NCBI GenBank assembly: GCA_010909165.1 | Contig: MU008162.1 | Location: forward strand, 62,001-126,000 | From: Anthoceros angustus | Lineage: Eukaryota; Plantae; Anthocerotophyta | DNA: 64,000 bases | Reading direction: 5' to 3' | Shown: positions 24,596-36,498 of the stretch, one piece after another | How the letters are laid out: the number at the start of each line of letters is the position of its first letter | Position numbering within the stretch: the stretch's first letter is position 1 | Program-made: the position numbers and the translations under genes | The notes under the pieces: model-generated | Told to the model about the DNA's origin: nothing | Databases searched by the model: none | The model's input: the letters and a program-made list of their open reading frames with translations, nothing else

Positions 24596-27500
24596 AGAAG
24601 CATATCACAAACATCTGAAGTACAAATGTTTGCTCTTCAAGAAAACCCTTCGTAATCGGCGATTGGATTGGCTGCTGCATATTTTGTTCGAAGAGGTTAA
24701 CAGGCATTTTTGGTATGTAGCCCAGTGTAAGGCAGTTGGCATGCTTCGAAATTCCAAGCAAGAGGACATTGTGCGGAGTGCTCTCCAAAAAGCAACAGCC
24801 ATATTAGAGAGCCATGTGGTCTTACCAACTCCAGACTCTCCAAATATTGCTTATGTCAACAGTCAGGACAATGGGAAAGCACGTAGATATACCGTGAGTG
24901 GTGCTCGAACCCCTTGGGGTTATTGTACATGTAAGCAAGGGACGCGAGGTTTCATATGCAAACACCAGCTCAAGGTTATGCTGCTCATGGACAAGGTAGT
25001 CCCCACTCAAAAGCTGGTTGTTAGGTATTCCAAGGCTGCAGTTGCTCAAACTGAGTTCCCACACAGTTTTCTGCCCAGTACTGAAGAGGACACTTTCATG
25101 TGGGAGAATGTCCTCCCACATGACGGTGGCTTGAGGACAAGTAGCCAAGGTGAGACTGGTATTCCCGTTCTTGAGCAAGCAACCGTGTGCACAGTAGGTA
25201 GATTGGAGACGTCTCCAAGTTTGGGAGCTTTGTGCCAGCAGTTGACACTCATTTTGGAAAAGTGGCCTTTTCTTGAGCACACGAAGGGCTTATTCCGACA
25301 AATGATCGACAACTAGAGGGCATGGGAGCTGGTGCAGGAGGTAACACCATTCTGGGTTCTAACATGCTACATTGGATTAAAGCAATTAGGACAATTCCAC
25401 ATGCCGGACAAGACTGCAACTCGTCCATAGAAGCATGTCACAAACATCTGAAGTACAGATGTTTGCTCTCCAAGAAAACCCTTCGTAATCGGCGATTGGA
25501 TTGGCTGCTGCATATTTTGTTCGAAGAGGTTAAGCTCGCGAGCCTGGCCTCGCGAGTGCGTGGGATAGGGCATTTTCAGAGTTTGCACTTCTTCAAACTA
25601 AAGACGGGTTCAGAAATACATAGATATATGAGTACAATATAGAGTACAAACGGTATAGCTATATTATACGTTATATTAGGGTTAGTGAAGCGGCGACGGG
25701 CACGCGAAATGCCATCGCGCCGAACAGGAGAGTGGATGAGAACGATGGCATGACCGCTGCGGTGTGACATGCTCACCATGGTGAGTTGGCGCTTTGGTTT
25801 CCGTGCTCGCATTAAGAGCACAGTGACCATTAGCACCTGCGGCCCTACCGGGCGAACTATATTTAGCGCCTCAAGAGTATTCAACCATGGATTGTTGGTC
25901 TAGTGTTTGGGAAATAAGTGTAGTAATGAATAGGTTTCGTGTTCAAACCTCGTGCCTCCTCAACAGTTCAATTTTGTTGATTTTAAGGATGCTTGCATGG
26001 GCGCATGGGCAACTAACTTTGTTCATTTTAAGGACGTTGGCATTGCCTTAAAGCCCAAGTGGTTGCATTGAGTGCGGAAGGTTGAAGACCACGGTGGCGA
26101 CCTTTTGGATGAGGGTCGGCGGACCCTAGATCTTTGTGGCGATCGACACCGTCGGCCCGGGCCCAAGAATGATACTATTGAAGGCAGCAATGGAGAGCGA
26201 CAACCGAGGCGGAGGATATGGACCGCCTCGAATATGGCGGTGGTACTTGACTCGATTTGGCGCAAGGCATGGATGAGTCGCCGCCGCACTCTTGAATGGC
26301 TATTGTCGATCTTGATGACCACTTCCTCCTTGATTGTTTGTTGCAATGTTCTCACGACCATAAATGAGACTCCGCTAGTAAATGCAGATTGTTTTCATTG
26401 TGTTCCACCACTTGAAAGTAAAAGTTTTCGGTTGTAATAAACATATGAAAATGGCAGCCCTCTATGCATTCTACTAAAGCATAAGCGGGCCCACACCCTC
26501 ATGCTCCAGTTCTCGGGTGTAGACTTGAAAGTGCATCTTTTATCAAAGATATGACCTCGGAAAGGGTGTGCATTATCAAAGTAGGGCACATATCTTTGTT
26601 CTAGGTAAGGTGTTCTTCGTGACAAGGGGTGTTGTCTCGGCGAAGTCGATATCCCCCTTCAAAAATTATCGTGTTAGAAGCATATCACAAACATCTGAAG
26701 TACAAATGTTTGCTCTTCAAGAAAACCCTTCGTAATCGGCGATTGGATTGGCTGCATATTTTGTTCAAGAGGTTAACAGCATTTTGGTATGTAGCCCGGT
26801 GTAAAGCGGTTGGCATGCTTGAAATTCCAAGCAAGAGGACATTGTGCGAGTGCTCCAAAAGCAATGACCATATTAGAGAGCCATGTGGTCTTACCAACTC
26901 GGACTCTCCAAATATTGCTTATGTCAACAATGACAATGGGAAAGCACGTAGATATCTGAGTGGTCTTGGAACCCCTTGGGGTTATTGTACATGTAAGCAA
27001 GGGACGCGAGGTTTCATATGCAAACACCACTCAAGGTTATGCGCTCATGGACAAGGTAGTCCCCACTCAAAAGCTGGTTGTTAGGTATTCCAAGGTCGCA
27101 GCTTGCTCAAACCGAGTTCCCACAGTTTTTCCCAAGATCAAGAGGACACTTTCATGTGGGAGAATGTCCTCCCACATGACGGTGGCTTGAGGACAAGTAA
27201 GGTGAGGCGGTATTCCGTTCTTGAGCAAGCAACCGTGTGCACAGTAGGTAGATTGGAGACGTCTCCAAGTTTGGGAGCTTTGTGCCAGCAGTTGACACTC
27301 GTTTTGGAAAAGTGGCCTTTTCTTGAGCAGCACACGAAGGGCTTATTCCAGCAAATGATCAGACAACTAGAGGGCATGGGAGCTGGTGCAGTAGGTAACA
27401 CCATTCTGGGTTCTAACATGCTACATTGGATTAAAGCAATTAGGACAATTCCACATGCCGGACAAGACTGCAACTCGTCCATAGAAGCATGTCACAAACA

Positions 27501-27897
27501 TCTGAAGTACAGATGTTTGCTCTCCAAGAAAACCCTTCGAATCGATTGGATTGGCTGCATATTTTGTTCGAAGAGGTTAAGCTCATGAGCAGCCTCGCGT
27601 GATAGGGCATTTTCGTAGTTTGCACTTCTTCAAACTAAAGACGGGTTCGTAAATACATAGATATATGAGTACAATATAGAGTACAAACGGTATAGCTATA
27701 TTATCGTTATATTAGGGTTAGTGAAGCGGCGACGCGAAATGCCATCGCGCCGAACAGGAGAGTGGATGAGAACGATGGCATGACCGCTGCGGTGTGACAT
27801 GCTCACCATGGTGAGTTGGCGCTTTGGTTTCCGTGCTCGCATTAAGAGCACAGTGACCATTAGCACCTGCGGCCCTACCCTGGCGAACCGATATTTA
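23775..27897. repeat. ~2.07-kb tandem duplication (23775-25866 / 25859-27897)
   Basis: 'tatttagcgcctcaag...' restarts at 25859. The second copy repeats the nested element's right end, the SWIM region and the right TIR, with many indels. Confidence 0.88.
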
Positions 27898-28201
27898 GGC
27901 CTAGCACATATCGTGCCTAATTGAGGGCAATGATACCCGGAATGATATGGGCAATGATAGCGGGAATGATATCCGCTGGCAAAAGAGCGGTATGAAATAG
28001 GAGAGAGGTAGTTGGCTCCATATATTTTCTTACATACTTTGGGAGAGGACTTGATAAATTTATCAAAGTCATCTTTATCTCCCCTTTCCTTTGTAAGAAG
28101 TATCCTAACGTTCTATTGCCATGAAATTTGTAGTCCCTTCGGCATGAAATGGAAGCACGGGCTTCCTTGTAAGAAGTGTGCGATGGAATGAGTTGCTTGC
28201 G

Positions 28202-31200
28202 ATGGCGGCGGCGACGCTGTCTTCCGCGCACAGCGTCTCAAGCGTCTCGTCGCGGCAGCAGCTGTATGTCCAGCCGACGCCGCCACCGCCGCCATTTTTA
28301 TTTCCGGGACGCGTCTCGGTCGTGAAATGGCGGTGTGATGGAGCTCGGGAAGGGCGGGTGGAGCTGAGCAGGAAGGAGGCGCACCACGCCAGGAAGAAGG
28401 AGCAGTGGAAGAAGGCTCGGAAAGTCCGGAAGCGGGAGGAAGTCCGCAAGGCCATCACTGCGCAGCTCCAGAGAATCCACCAGGAGCTGCGCTGGAAGCT
28501 GAGCCCGCAGAAGACGAACGAGCTCAAGGGCCGCATCCGGGCTCTGTTGAAGCAGATCCAGCAGGCCGGGCTGCAGAACAAGTTCCAGGGCCTGGACGCC
28601 ATCGACCTCTCCAGAGTGGGGGAGGGCCAGCCGCGGGTGGTGAAGGACGTCTGGCTGGAGCGCAGGAGCAGTGACACTGGCGACGGGGGTGGCGGCGCCG
28701 GCGGCGGCGCAGCCAGTCACGTGTGGGTGCGTACGGCGGAGGAGGGGGCGTCACGTGACGGTGGTGGGGGTGATGCGGAGGCGGGATGGAGGGGTCACGT
28801 GAGCCTCGCATCGGGGTGCGGCTGGGGAGGGACGGGAGGATGCGGGCGAAAGTGGTGGGCGGGAGCGGGGGCGCAGGCGGGGCCAGGGCGGTGGTGGATT
28901 GGGAGCCCATCGCCCTGAGGGTGGGGAAGCCGGTGGAGGAGGCGGACCAGATGCAGTGGCTGGCGCACAGTTTGAACTCCGCTCCCGCGCGCTTGCGGCG
29001 GGTTCATCTCTCCAGGCTCATGCACAGCGCGAGGTTGAAGCTCACGGACGCCAGGCTCCTGGAGCTGGTGCGGATGTTGGGCGAGTTGGGCAATTGGCGG
29101 CGCGCTATGCTGGCTGTGGACTGGGTTTATACTCGGCAGCATTCTCGGTACTCCAAGAGCAGGTTGGTGGTCCTCCTCTCTGGGCTTTGGTGATGAATTC
29201 GTTTCACGCTCCGATGGATTTCGTCACGCCTGCCAGGTTCGTGCTCACCACGCTGCTGGCCGTGCTCGGGAGGGCGCGGCAGCCCCTGGAAGCGTCCCGA
29301 GTCTTCGCTGTCATGCTCGTGCGTAACCCACAATGCTAGCCTCCGCGGTTTCCCTGTGGGTTGTGGGCTGAGTGTGGGGTCATTGCTTGATTGATAGGAG
29401 TCGCCCTCTGCTTACCCGGACATGGCGGCGTACCATACCATTGCTGTCACGCTCGGGCAGGCTGGGTGTCTGCGGCAGCTGCTGGACCTGGTGGAGAGAC
29501 TCAGCCAGGGTGCTGATGCCAGGATTTTGAGGGCTGCTCATCTGGATGACGATGGCCGGCTTCAGCCTGACGTTGTTGTTTACAATGCGGTGGGTTTTTT
29601 GGAGACTCTTTTGTTTCTTGCAAGTTTTTGTTTTGGTTGTGTGAATTATGTGCACTTGATGTATAGATGGCTAAGACTGCTTCTTCTGTCCTTGCAGCTG
29701 CTGAATGCATGTGCTGTGAGAGGGCAGTGGAAGGGTGCCCAGTGGGTGCTCGACAGAATGAGCAAGGAGGGTGTGAATCCCAATTCTGCTTCCTTTGGCT
29801 TGGCCATTGAGGTATGAGAACGTACGTGTGTGCATGTCCTCCATGGTGCCCCAGTGTGAAGGGAGGATCTGAGACGGGACTGGTTTGCCCCCTTCAGGTG
29901 ACGGTGAAGGGAGGGCAAATAGAGCTGGCTTTGAACTATTACAACAGGATGGAGAGGGGTGGTTTCCACCCCAACTTTCTGACCATCAAAGGTACTTGTC
30001 ACCTTTGCTGTGTCTTTGGTTCCAGCCCTTTTGTGATGTGATGGAGGTCGAGGGTCGAGGACTTACCAGGGCGAACAATGGGCAGCGCTTGTTCAGGCAT
30101 GTGGTCTATCCGGGAATGCAGACCTGGCTGTTGAGCTGGTTGAGGACATGAAGTTTCGAGGGATAGTGGCGGGAGCCAGTGTGTACTACACCCTTGCCTG
30201 CACCCTCTGCAGATGCGGCAGATGGCGGGAAGCTCTGCTTCAGGTACGTGGGATTCATGACGCCTTTGTAACACACAGGGTGGCATACTCGGAGTTGTGG
30301 ACTCTGACTTGTCCTGTTTTTTCTTTTTTGCTCTTGGCCAGATCGAGAACGCAAAGCGTCTGGCTTCGAGGAAAGACGATGTTGTCACCTACACGGGGCT
30401 CATTCGGGCATGCGGGGAAGCGGGGCTTTGGCAGGATGCTGTTGATGTGTTTGATCACATGCGGACAGTGTGCGCCCCCAACATCGGGACCTTCAATGTC
30501 ATGATAGGGGTGTACGGAAGGAACAAGCTCTTTAGTGCAGCTATGGCTCTGTACGAAGGGATACAGAAGGGCGTGTTCGTCCAGTCGAAACTACACAGGA
30601 ACCAGCCAAGGCTCTCTCCTGATGACTTCACCTATGAAGCTGTGCTTGGAGCTTGTGTAAGATCTGCCAAATGGGACGAGTTTGAAAAGATCTACGCAGT
30701 AGCAAGGTTGCATGGCTTTCAGCTGGACAGCCAGAGGCACACTTGGCTTGTGACATCCATCTCAAGAGCAAACAAGGTAATACTTACCACGTGCCACAAG
30801 TCTGTACTCTCTTAGCTTGCTGAACAACTCTCTGAACATCGTCGTGCTCACTGCAGGTGGACCTGGTGAATAGCATCTTCATGCATCTTGAAGAATCCCG
30901 ACAAACTCCATCTCTGCAAATGTATCAGCAACAGATGTCGGCTTGCTACAGAGCCGGCAAATTCCGTCAGGTGCTCCTGCTCTTGAAGCAAATGTCCAGC
31001 CATGTGATTTCCCTGACTCGGCTGGAGTGGAATATAGTTCTTGGGCAGCCGACTGAGCCAATCACGTCTGCCGACATCGAGGATTTCATCCTTCAGCTCG
31101 GCAATGTGAAGGAGCCTGAAGACCAGACCTTGCTGGACAATGTCAGGGCATGTATGCTCGCGATTATCGCTGGACCTGAACCTGGAGAGGCAACTTCACC

Positions 31201-31372
31201 GCTGCAGCTAGGCACGAACGGTAAAGCCTCGTTCCCGGACTTGCTCGTTGAAGAAGGCCACCAGCCCAAATCTGCTCATAAGGAAGGGACCAAAAGTCTT
31301 TGGTGTGATGAACTGAGCTTGTTCGGCCCGAGGATCGTTGTTGATGAGCCTAGCTTCCAACACTCTGCGTAA
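28202..31372 (+). CDS. Chloroplast P-type PPR protein, DG1 (At5g67570)/EMB2279 (At1g30610)-like; multi-exon
   Basis: Motifs LGELGNWRRAMLAVDWV..KSRFVLTTLLAVLGRARQPLEA, YPDMAAYHTIAVTLGQAG, PDVVVYNALLNAC..QWKGA, ASVYYTLACTLCRCGRW, CAPNIGTFNVMI. One frame break at ~28700-28790. Confidence 0.88.
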
Positions 31373-31782
31373 TTAACTTATAAGAATCGGATGGGTATCG
31401 TGTAAGGATCGTAATTTGCTGAATCGGGCAGGAGTCGGGTAGGCGGCGAAAGAAACGTCCTTTTCGACACCGGGCCTCGCAGTGTTTGCCGGCTTGCGTA
31501 GTGTGTCGTGCTCTCAACCTGCCTGTCGGAAGGCTTGTAGCGTAGGCGGAAATATCGAGCTGGTGCAAATGCGCAAGAGGAAGAGGAGGATTCAGCCGGA
31601 TCTGGTTACACTACGGCAGAATCGAACTTGAACCAGCTGCTTTCGATTTTTCTGGACTCAGAGGGTTGCTGGTATGCTCTCCTTGTCATTGTTGACTGCT
31701 GAAGTCTTGGTCGGAGGTGGAGGTCTGAGGACGATGTAAAACCGCAGGACCGCACCTTTTAGAAGGACAAGGAGGGGCAACC

Positions 31783-34700
31783 ATGGAGCCAGATTTATGT
31801 GTAGAGAACGGCAGCATGATACGAGTGGCAGTGCTGGCAGTCGGGGACATGCCAGCAGCCTATCTTCGAGATTATCTTGCTATGGTGGTGCGGCACTCTC
31901 GGGTTGATTTAACCAGTGTCAGCTCCTTCTACACGGAACACCAGAAGAGTCCGTTTGCACAAGAGCCGTGGGATACTGGCAGCCTGTACTTCAAATTCAT
32001 GGTAGGCGGAGCAGCACGCTCGCCGTGGGAGGACTTCCAAGCTCAACGCAAGATTCTCGGAGTGATTGGCTTGTGTCACTGCCCGTTGTCTCCGGACATT
32101 GGTGCAGCTTACGATCAGTTCATGGGAGTCTGTAGATCTTACCCGAGTGCCCTGGCAAAACGGTGCTTTGCCTTCAATCCAAGTGATGCGCAGGTTTTTC
32201 TATGACCTTGGTTGGGAAACTTTTGCACAACTGTGGACACGGGAAAAACCAGAGATTTGAGCGGTTATAAGTTCGACCAGACGGTATTGATGTGTTTCGC
32301 CGGGTATCGCTGCTGCAGGTTGAGCAGGATGATAAGAAGAGGCAGCACCTGATAATGTTCCCTCCCGCCGACCGCCAGATGCTGGAAGTTCACATGCAGA
32401 CACTCATGCAGGATTTTGCGGCGTCGTTGCTGATGGAGTTTGAGAGCTGGGTGCTGCATGCGGAGCCTGTCGGGGCAATACTTACCACACCCCTTGACTC
32501 TCAAGCGTCTTTGAATTCCGAGGAGGTGCGTTGGAATCAGTCTGCACTGTAAGGTCTCTGTAGTAAGGTGCTCAGAAATTCCAGTGTTTGTGGGCCTCCT
32601 CTAGCAGACCTCAGGATTGGTCCTGATCTCGCTGTGCGTGTGCATTGTAATAGACAAGGATGTTCCAGCTTTTAAGTACTGGTGATTTGTTTTGTCCATG
32701 CTACCCATTTCTTTACACTGGACGCACATTTCTCAGGTGAGTAGGGCAAAGAAGCGACGACTTGGGCGTGTTCAGAAGACTATTGGAGACTACTGCCTTC
32801 TTGCAGGCTCGCCTGTTGATGCAAATGCCCACTATTCCACAGCGATAGAGCTTGCTCGATTAACATCGGATGTCTTCTGGCATGCTGGGGCACTGGAAGG
32901 CAGCATCTCTGCTCTTGTGGTGAGTGGTTTATGACTCTGTGAAGCTCATACAGTGTATCATGCATTAACGCCTGTCTAACTTCTTTGATGGTTTGAAGTT
33001 GCGATATCACTTGCAGTTTTGGGATTGCCTCACTTCTCCTGGTGTTTGTCAGTTAGATCGGTCAGGGAATAAAGATGCCTTGCTGGAGGATGAAGTAAAG
33101 CTTCGATATGCTGAGGTTATCCAACTTTATCGAAGGTGAATATATGGCTCCTTAGTTTGTAGAATATCAACTTGCAAGGTCTAATCTTGCACTGTGGATA
33201 CTTTTGCCATATTTGTAGGCTATCCGCTGTTTCTTTTGAGCTGGAGGCAACTCTGAAGCTTGCTCGATTTCTGGCCAGGTACAAATCTTGGAGCTTTTTT
33301 CTAATCTGACACTCTTCATGGCATACAGCATGAGTGTCATGGCAGTTTCCTTTTTTCAATGGACTGGTTGTTTCTGTGCTCTTATCACCATACATCTACC
33401 AACTATGTGGTTTGCAGGAGGGAGCTGGCTAGGGAGGTCGCCGACCTGTTAATGGGAGTGGTTGATGGCTCAAAGAGTCTGATGGATGCAAGTGATCGTT
33501 TGGTTGTAAACGTGGAAGTGGCCCGTATTTATGGATCTGTTGGATATGAGCGCAAGGCTGCCTTCTTTGCCCGGCAAGTTGCCCAGCTCTATCTACAGCA
33601 GGACAGTCGATGGGCTGCAATCAGTGCATTGCAGGTTCTCTTGTTGACGTCCAAACCATTTCGTATCCAGTTGAGATCTGCAAGTGGGAAACCAGAGGTG
33701 AGTCAAAACGGAAGATGTCTGGTAATTCTGCATGTGGGAGGGCTTAGATGCATGGCATCCTTCTGTGTGTGCATGAGGATGTGATCTTGGGTTGTGCCGC
33801 TCAGGATAATCTGCGAACCCCACGGGATAACAAGACATTCAATCAACTTTCAGTGTCTGGACTAGAAGGCCAGTGGAGCACTCTGCAGATGGATGTTCTT
33901 GGTGACATGTTATCTGCTGCTGTTCGAGCAGGTGATCCATTGGCAGCTTGGTCGGCCGCAGCTTGTCTCCTCAGAAACCACTATCCACTGATAACCCCAA
34001 GCGCTCAAAGCAGTCTTGCTACGGCTCTCACAACCTCTGCTGAGCGGCTTCCTGCCGGAACACGTTGCTCTGACCCAGCACTGCCTTTTGTCAGGTTAGA
34101 TCATCTAACTCCTGAAGTATTGCAGATGCTTGGGATTATGGATTATGGAGAACTTGTTTTGAGATACAGAGGTTTTCTGCATTCTACAGCTGTTGCTGAC
34201 AGTGTAGTGAATGTTTTGAATCATTCAGGCTACACTCACACCCCGCTCGTCCATCGCACATGGATATAGTCAAACGGTCATCAGGGCAGAAAACCTGGTG
34301 GGCAGGGTCCCGCCCATCTGGGCCTTTCATCTATTCCCCTTTTGCTGCTAGAGGAGGTGATTCAAGCAAATCGGAAGTGGTCTGGATAGTTGGAGAGCCA
34401 GTCCAAGTTCTTGTGGAGTTGGCAAACCCATGTGCTTTTGAGGTCTTTGTCGACAGTATTTGCCTTTCTGTCGGAACTGGGGAGTTTGAAGCCTTTCCTA
34501 TTTCTGCCAGTCTCCCATCTAACACGACACAAATACTGACACTATCGGGCATTCCCCTTTCCGTTGGTTCTTTGACTGTTAGAGGATGCTTTGTTCACTG
34601 TTTTGGGGTGACAACTGAGCATCTTTTTGAAGATGTAAGCGATCTATTATCTGGAGCGGCAAGAGGTTTGATACTAACTGATCCCTTTAGAAGTGGTGGA

Positions 34701-36498
34701 GGACCAAGGGTGCGTCCCCAACCTAACACTGGAATAATGGTAATGCCTCCTTTGCCACTATTGATTGCTCAAGTGGTTGGAGGAGAGGGGGCTGTCGTCC
34801 TTTATGAAGGGGAGATTCGTGAGCTTCAAATAAGCCTTGGAAATGCTGGTGTTGTTCCTGTACTGGAGGCAAATATGTCCTTGACTGGCAAGTACAAGGA
34901 ACATGTTCTTTCCATAGGACATGATGCACTGGAGGCAGCACTACCCTTGCAACCGGGGGCTACTGTGGTTGTGCCTGTGACCTTGAAAGCTGGCCAACCA
35001 ACTCCAGACACTGACAACTCTCCTGGGAATGCATGGAGGACTGCAAAGGAAAGCACAAGTCCGATGCTGGTCATTCATTATGCAGGTAAGCCTTCTCTTC
35101 TGTTCGTACCACAGTTTCTGGGTGTGCGGTATCATATTAGCTTCTAGATGTTTTACCCCTTCAGACATGTGTTTGATTTTCTGTGTGAATGTTGCTGCTT
35201 CAGGGCCTGCTGTAGTACCTGGAGAGTATGGGGATAGTTCCTCAGAGCTTCCCCCAGGCCGAAGATTGGTTCTTCCATTGCATTTGAATGTGTTGCAAGG
35301 TTTATGTCTGGTGCAGGCGAGGCTGCTGTCCATGGAGGTCCCAGCGCAAATAAGCAGATCCCTTCCAGATCCAGCTTCTACTTCAGTAAGCAAAGATGCC
35401 ACAGAGGGCTTGGTGAAGATGGACCCGTACCGCGGCAGCTGGGGATTGCGACTGTTAGAGTTGGAACTGCTGAATGCCACTGACGTCCTGTTCGAAATAA
35501 CTGTTGGGGTCAGACAGCGACCAGACGATGAAAAGACTGGGGATTGTTCAGGGAGTGAAGTGTTATATCCGAGTACCAGAATAGACAGAGATTACTCTGC
35601 AAGAGTACTGGTCCCCCTCGAGAGATTCAAGTTGCCAGTCTTTGACAAAGCATACTTGGGGAGGACATCATTGCGGAAGGATGGCATGGCTAAGCAAAAT
35701 GAAAACTCGACAAACAATGCAGACAGGCAAACAAAAGCAGAGTTGAATGCGACCATAAATGAGCTGAGCTCACGTATATGTGTGAAATGGTGCTCGGGAA
35801 GAAACAGTTCCGGCGAGCTGCCTATGAAGGATGCTATTCGGGAAGCTCTGCAAGCCTCTGCAATAGAAATCCTGCTTCCAGATCCTTTGACATTTGGATT
35901 TCGTCTTGCTAAATCTGCAAACTCGACAGGGAAAACAAGTGAAACAGTGGTGAGACCTCTGCACAAGAGTGGGTCTAGAAAAGGGGAGATGGTCACGCTG
36001 GAAAGGAGGATGGAAGATTTCATATCGGCTCGTGAGGTGACAAAGTTTGAAATTCTTGTGCGCAACAACACGAAAGAAGCGGTTGCCATGACCCTGAGTG
36101 TCACGTGTCGAGATGTAGCTGGGGCAACTTGCCTCGGCAGTGGCAGTAAATCCACTGTTCTATGGGCCGGTAAGCTAGCGTGTTTTGATCCAACAGAGGT
36201 TCTTTTGCGGCAAGTGCAGTAGATATCTGAGCTTGGCCCATATTTGTATGGCTTGCTTGCAGGTGCTTTAAATGGCATTGACGTAGAGGTGGCTCCTTTG
36301 AGGGAGGTGGTCCATGCCTTTGCCCTCTGCTTCTTGGTACCTGGTGAATATACATTGCTTGGGGCTGCGCTCATACATGACACAGTAGAAGGTATTGGAC
36401 CTGAAGCCAAGTTCACTCAGTCGAACAGTAGCAATGATCCACCTCCTTTGTGCTATAGTGGGCCACCTTTCAAGGTACGGGTTGTGGGGACAAGCTAG
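31783..36498 (+). CDS. TRS120: TRAPP II subunit TRS120/TRAPPC9 (VAN4 homolog); ~10 exons
   Basis: MEPD..E.GSMIRVAVL, SSFYTEHQKSPF, SPWEDFQAQRKILGVIG.CHCP, AKKRRLGRVQKTIGDYCLLAGSP, SFELEATLKLARFL, WIVGEPVQVLVELANPC, FLVPGEYTL. Confidence 0.96.

Larger units (their letters stand above)
19546..25316 (+). pseudogene. MULE/SWIM transposase, frameshifted, internally duplicated (19356-20580 / 20577-21760) and split by a nested element
   Basis: ORF pieces 19474, 19862, 20219, 21517, 21877 and 24540 concatenate into a MULE DDE domain plus SWIM zinc finger. Confidence 0.8.
19215..27889 (+). mobile_element. MULE-like DNA transposon with ~290-bp imperfect TIRs and a disrupted SWIM transposase
   Basis: The left arm ~19215-19510 (GGTTCGC...aaccaaagcaccaactcaccatggtgagcatgtcac...gaagaagtgcaaactc) is the reverse complement of 25535-25858 and 27585-27889. 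The internal ORF has YIPWTR.DFI, RDDFLL, FMLGIQTDFQL, MDAIFGTNKWK, FLCLWHVRRA, NSSIE.YH and the SWIM finger CTC..G..CKH. No clear TSD. Confidence 0.8.

Noticed and set aside
28690-28800. Programmed frameshift or pseudogenisation of the PPR gene
   Set aside because: The break lies among G homopolymers and the rest of the gene is intact; a sequencing indel or a small intron is more likely.
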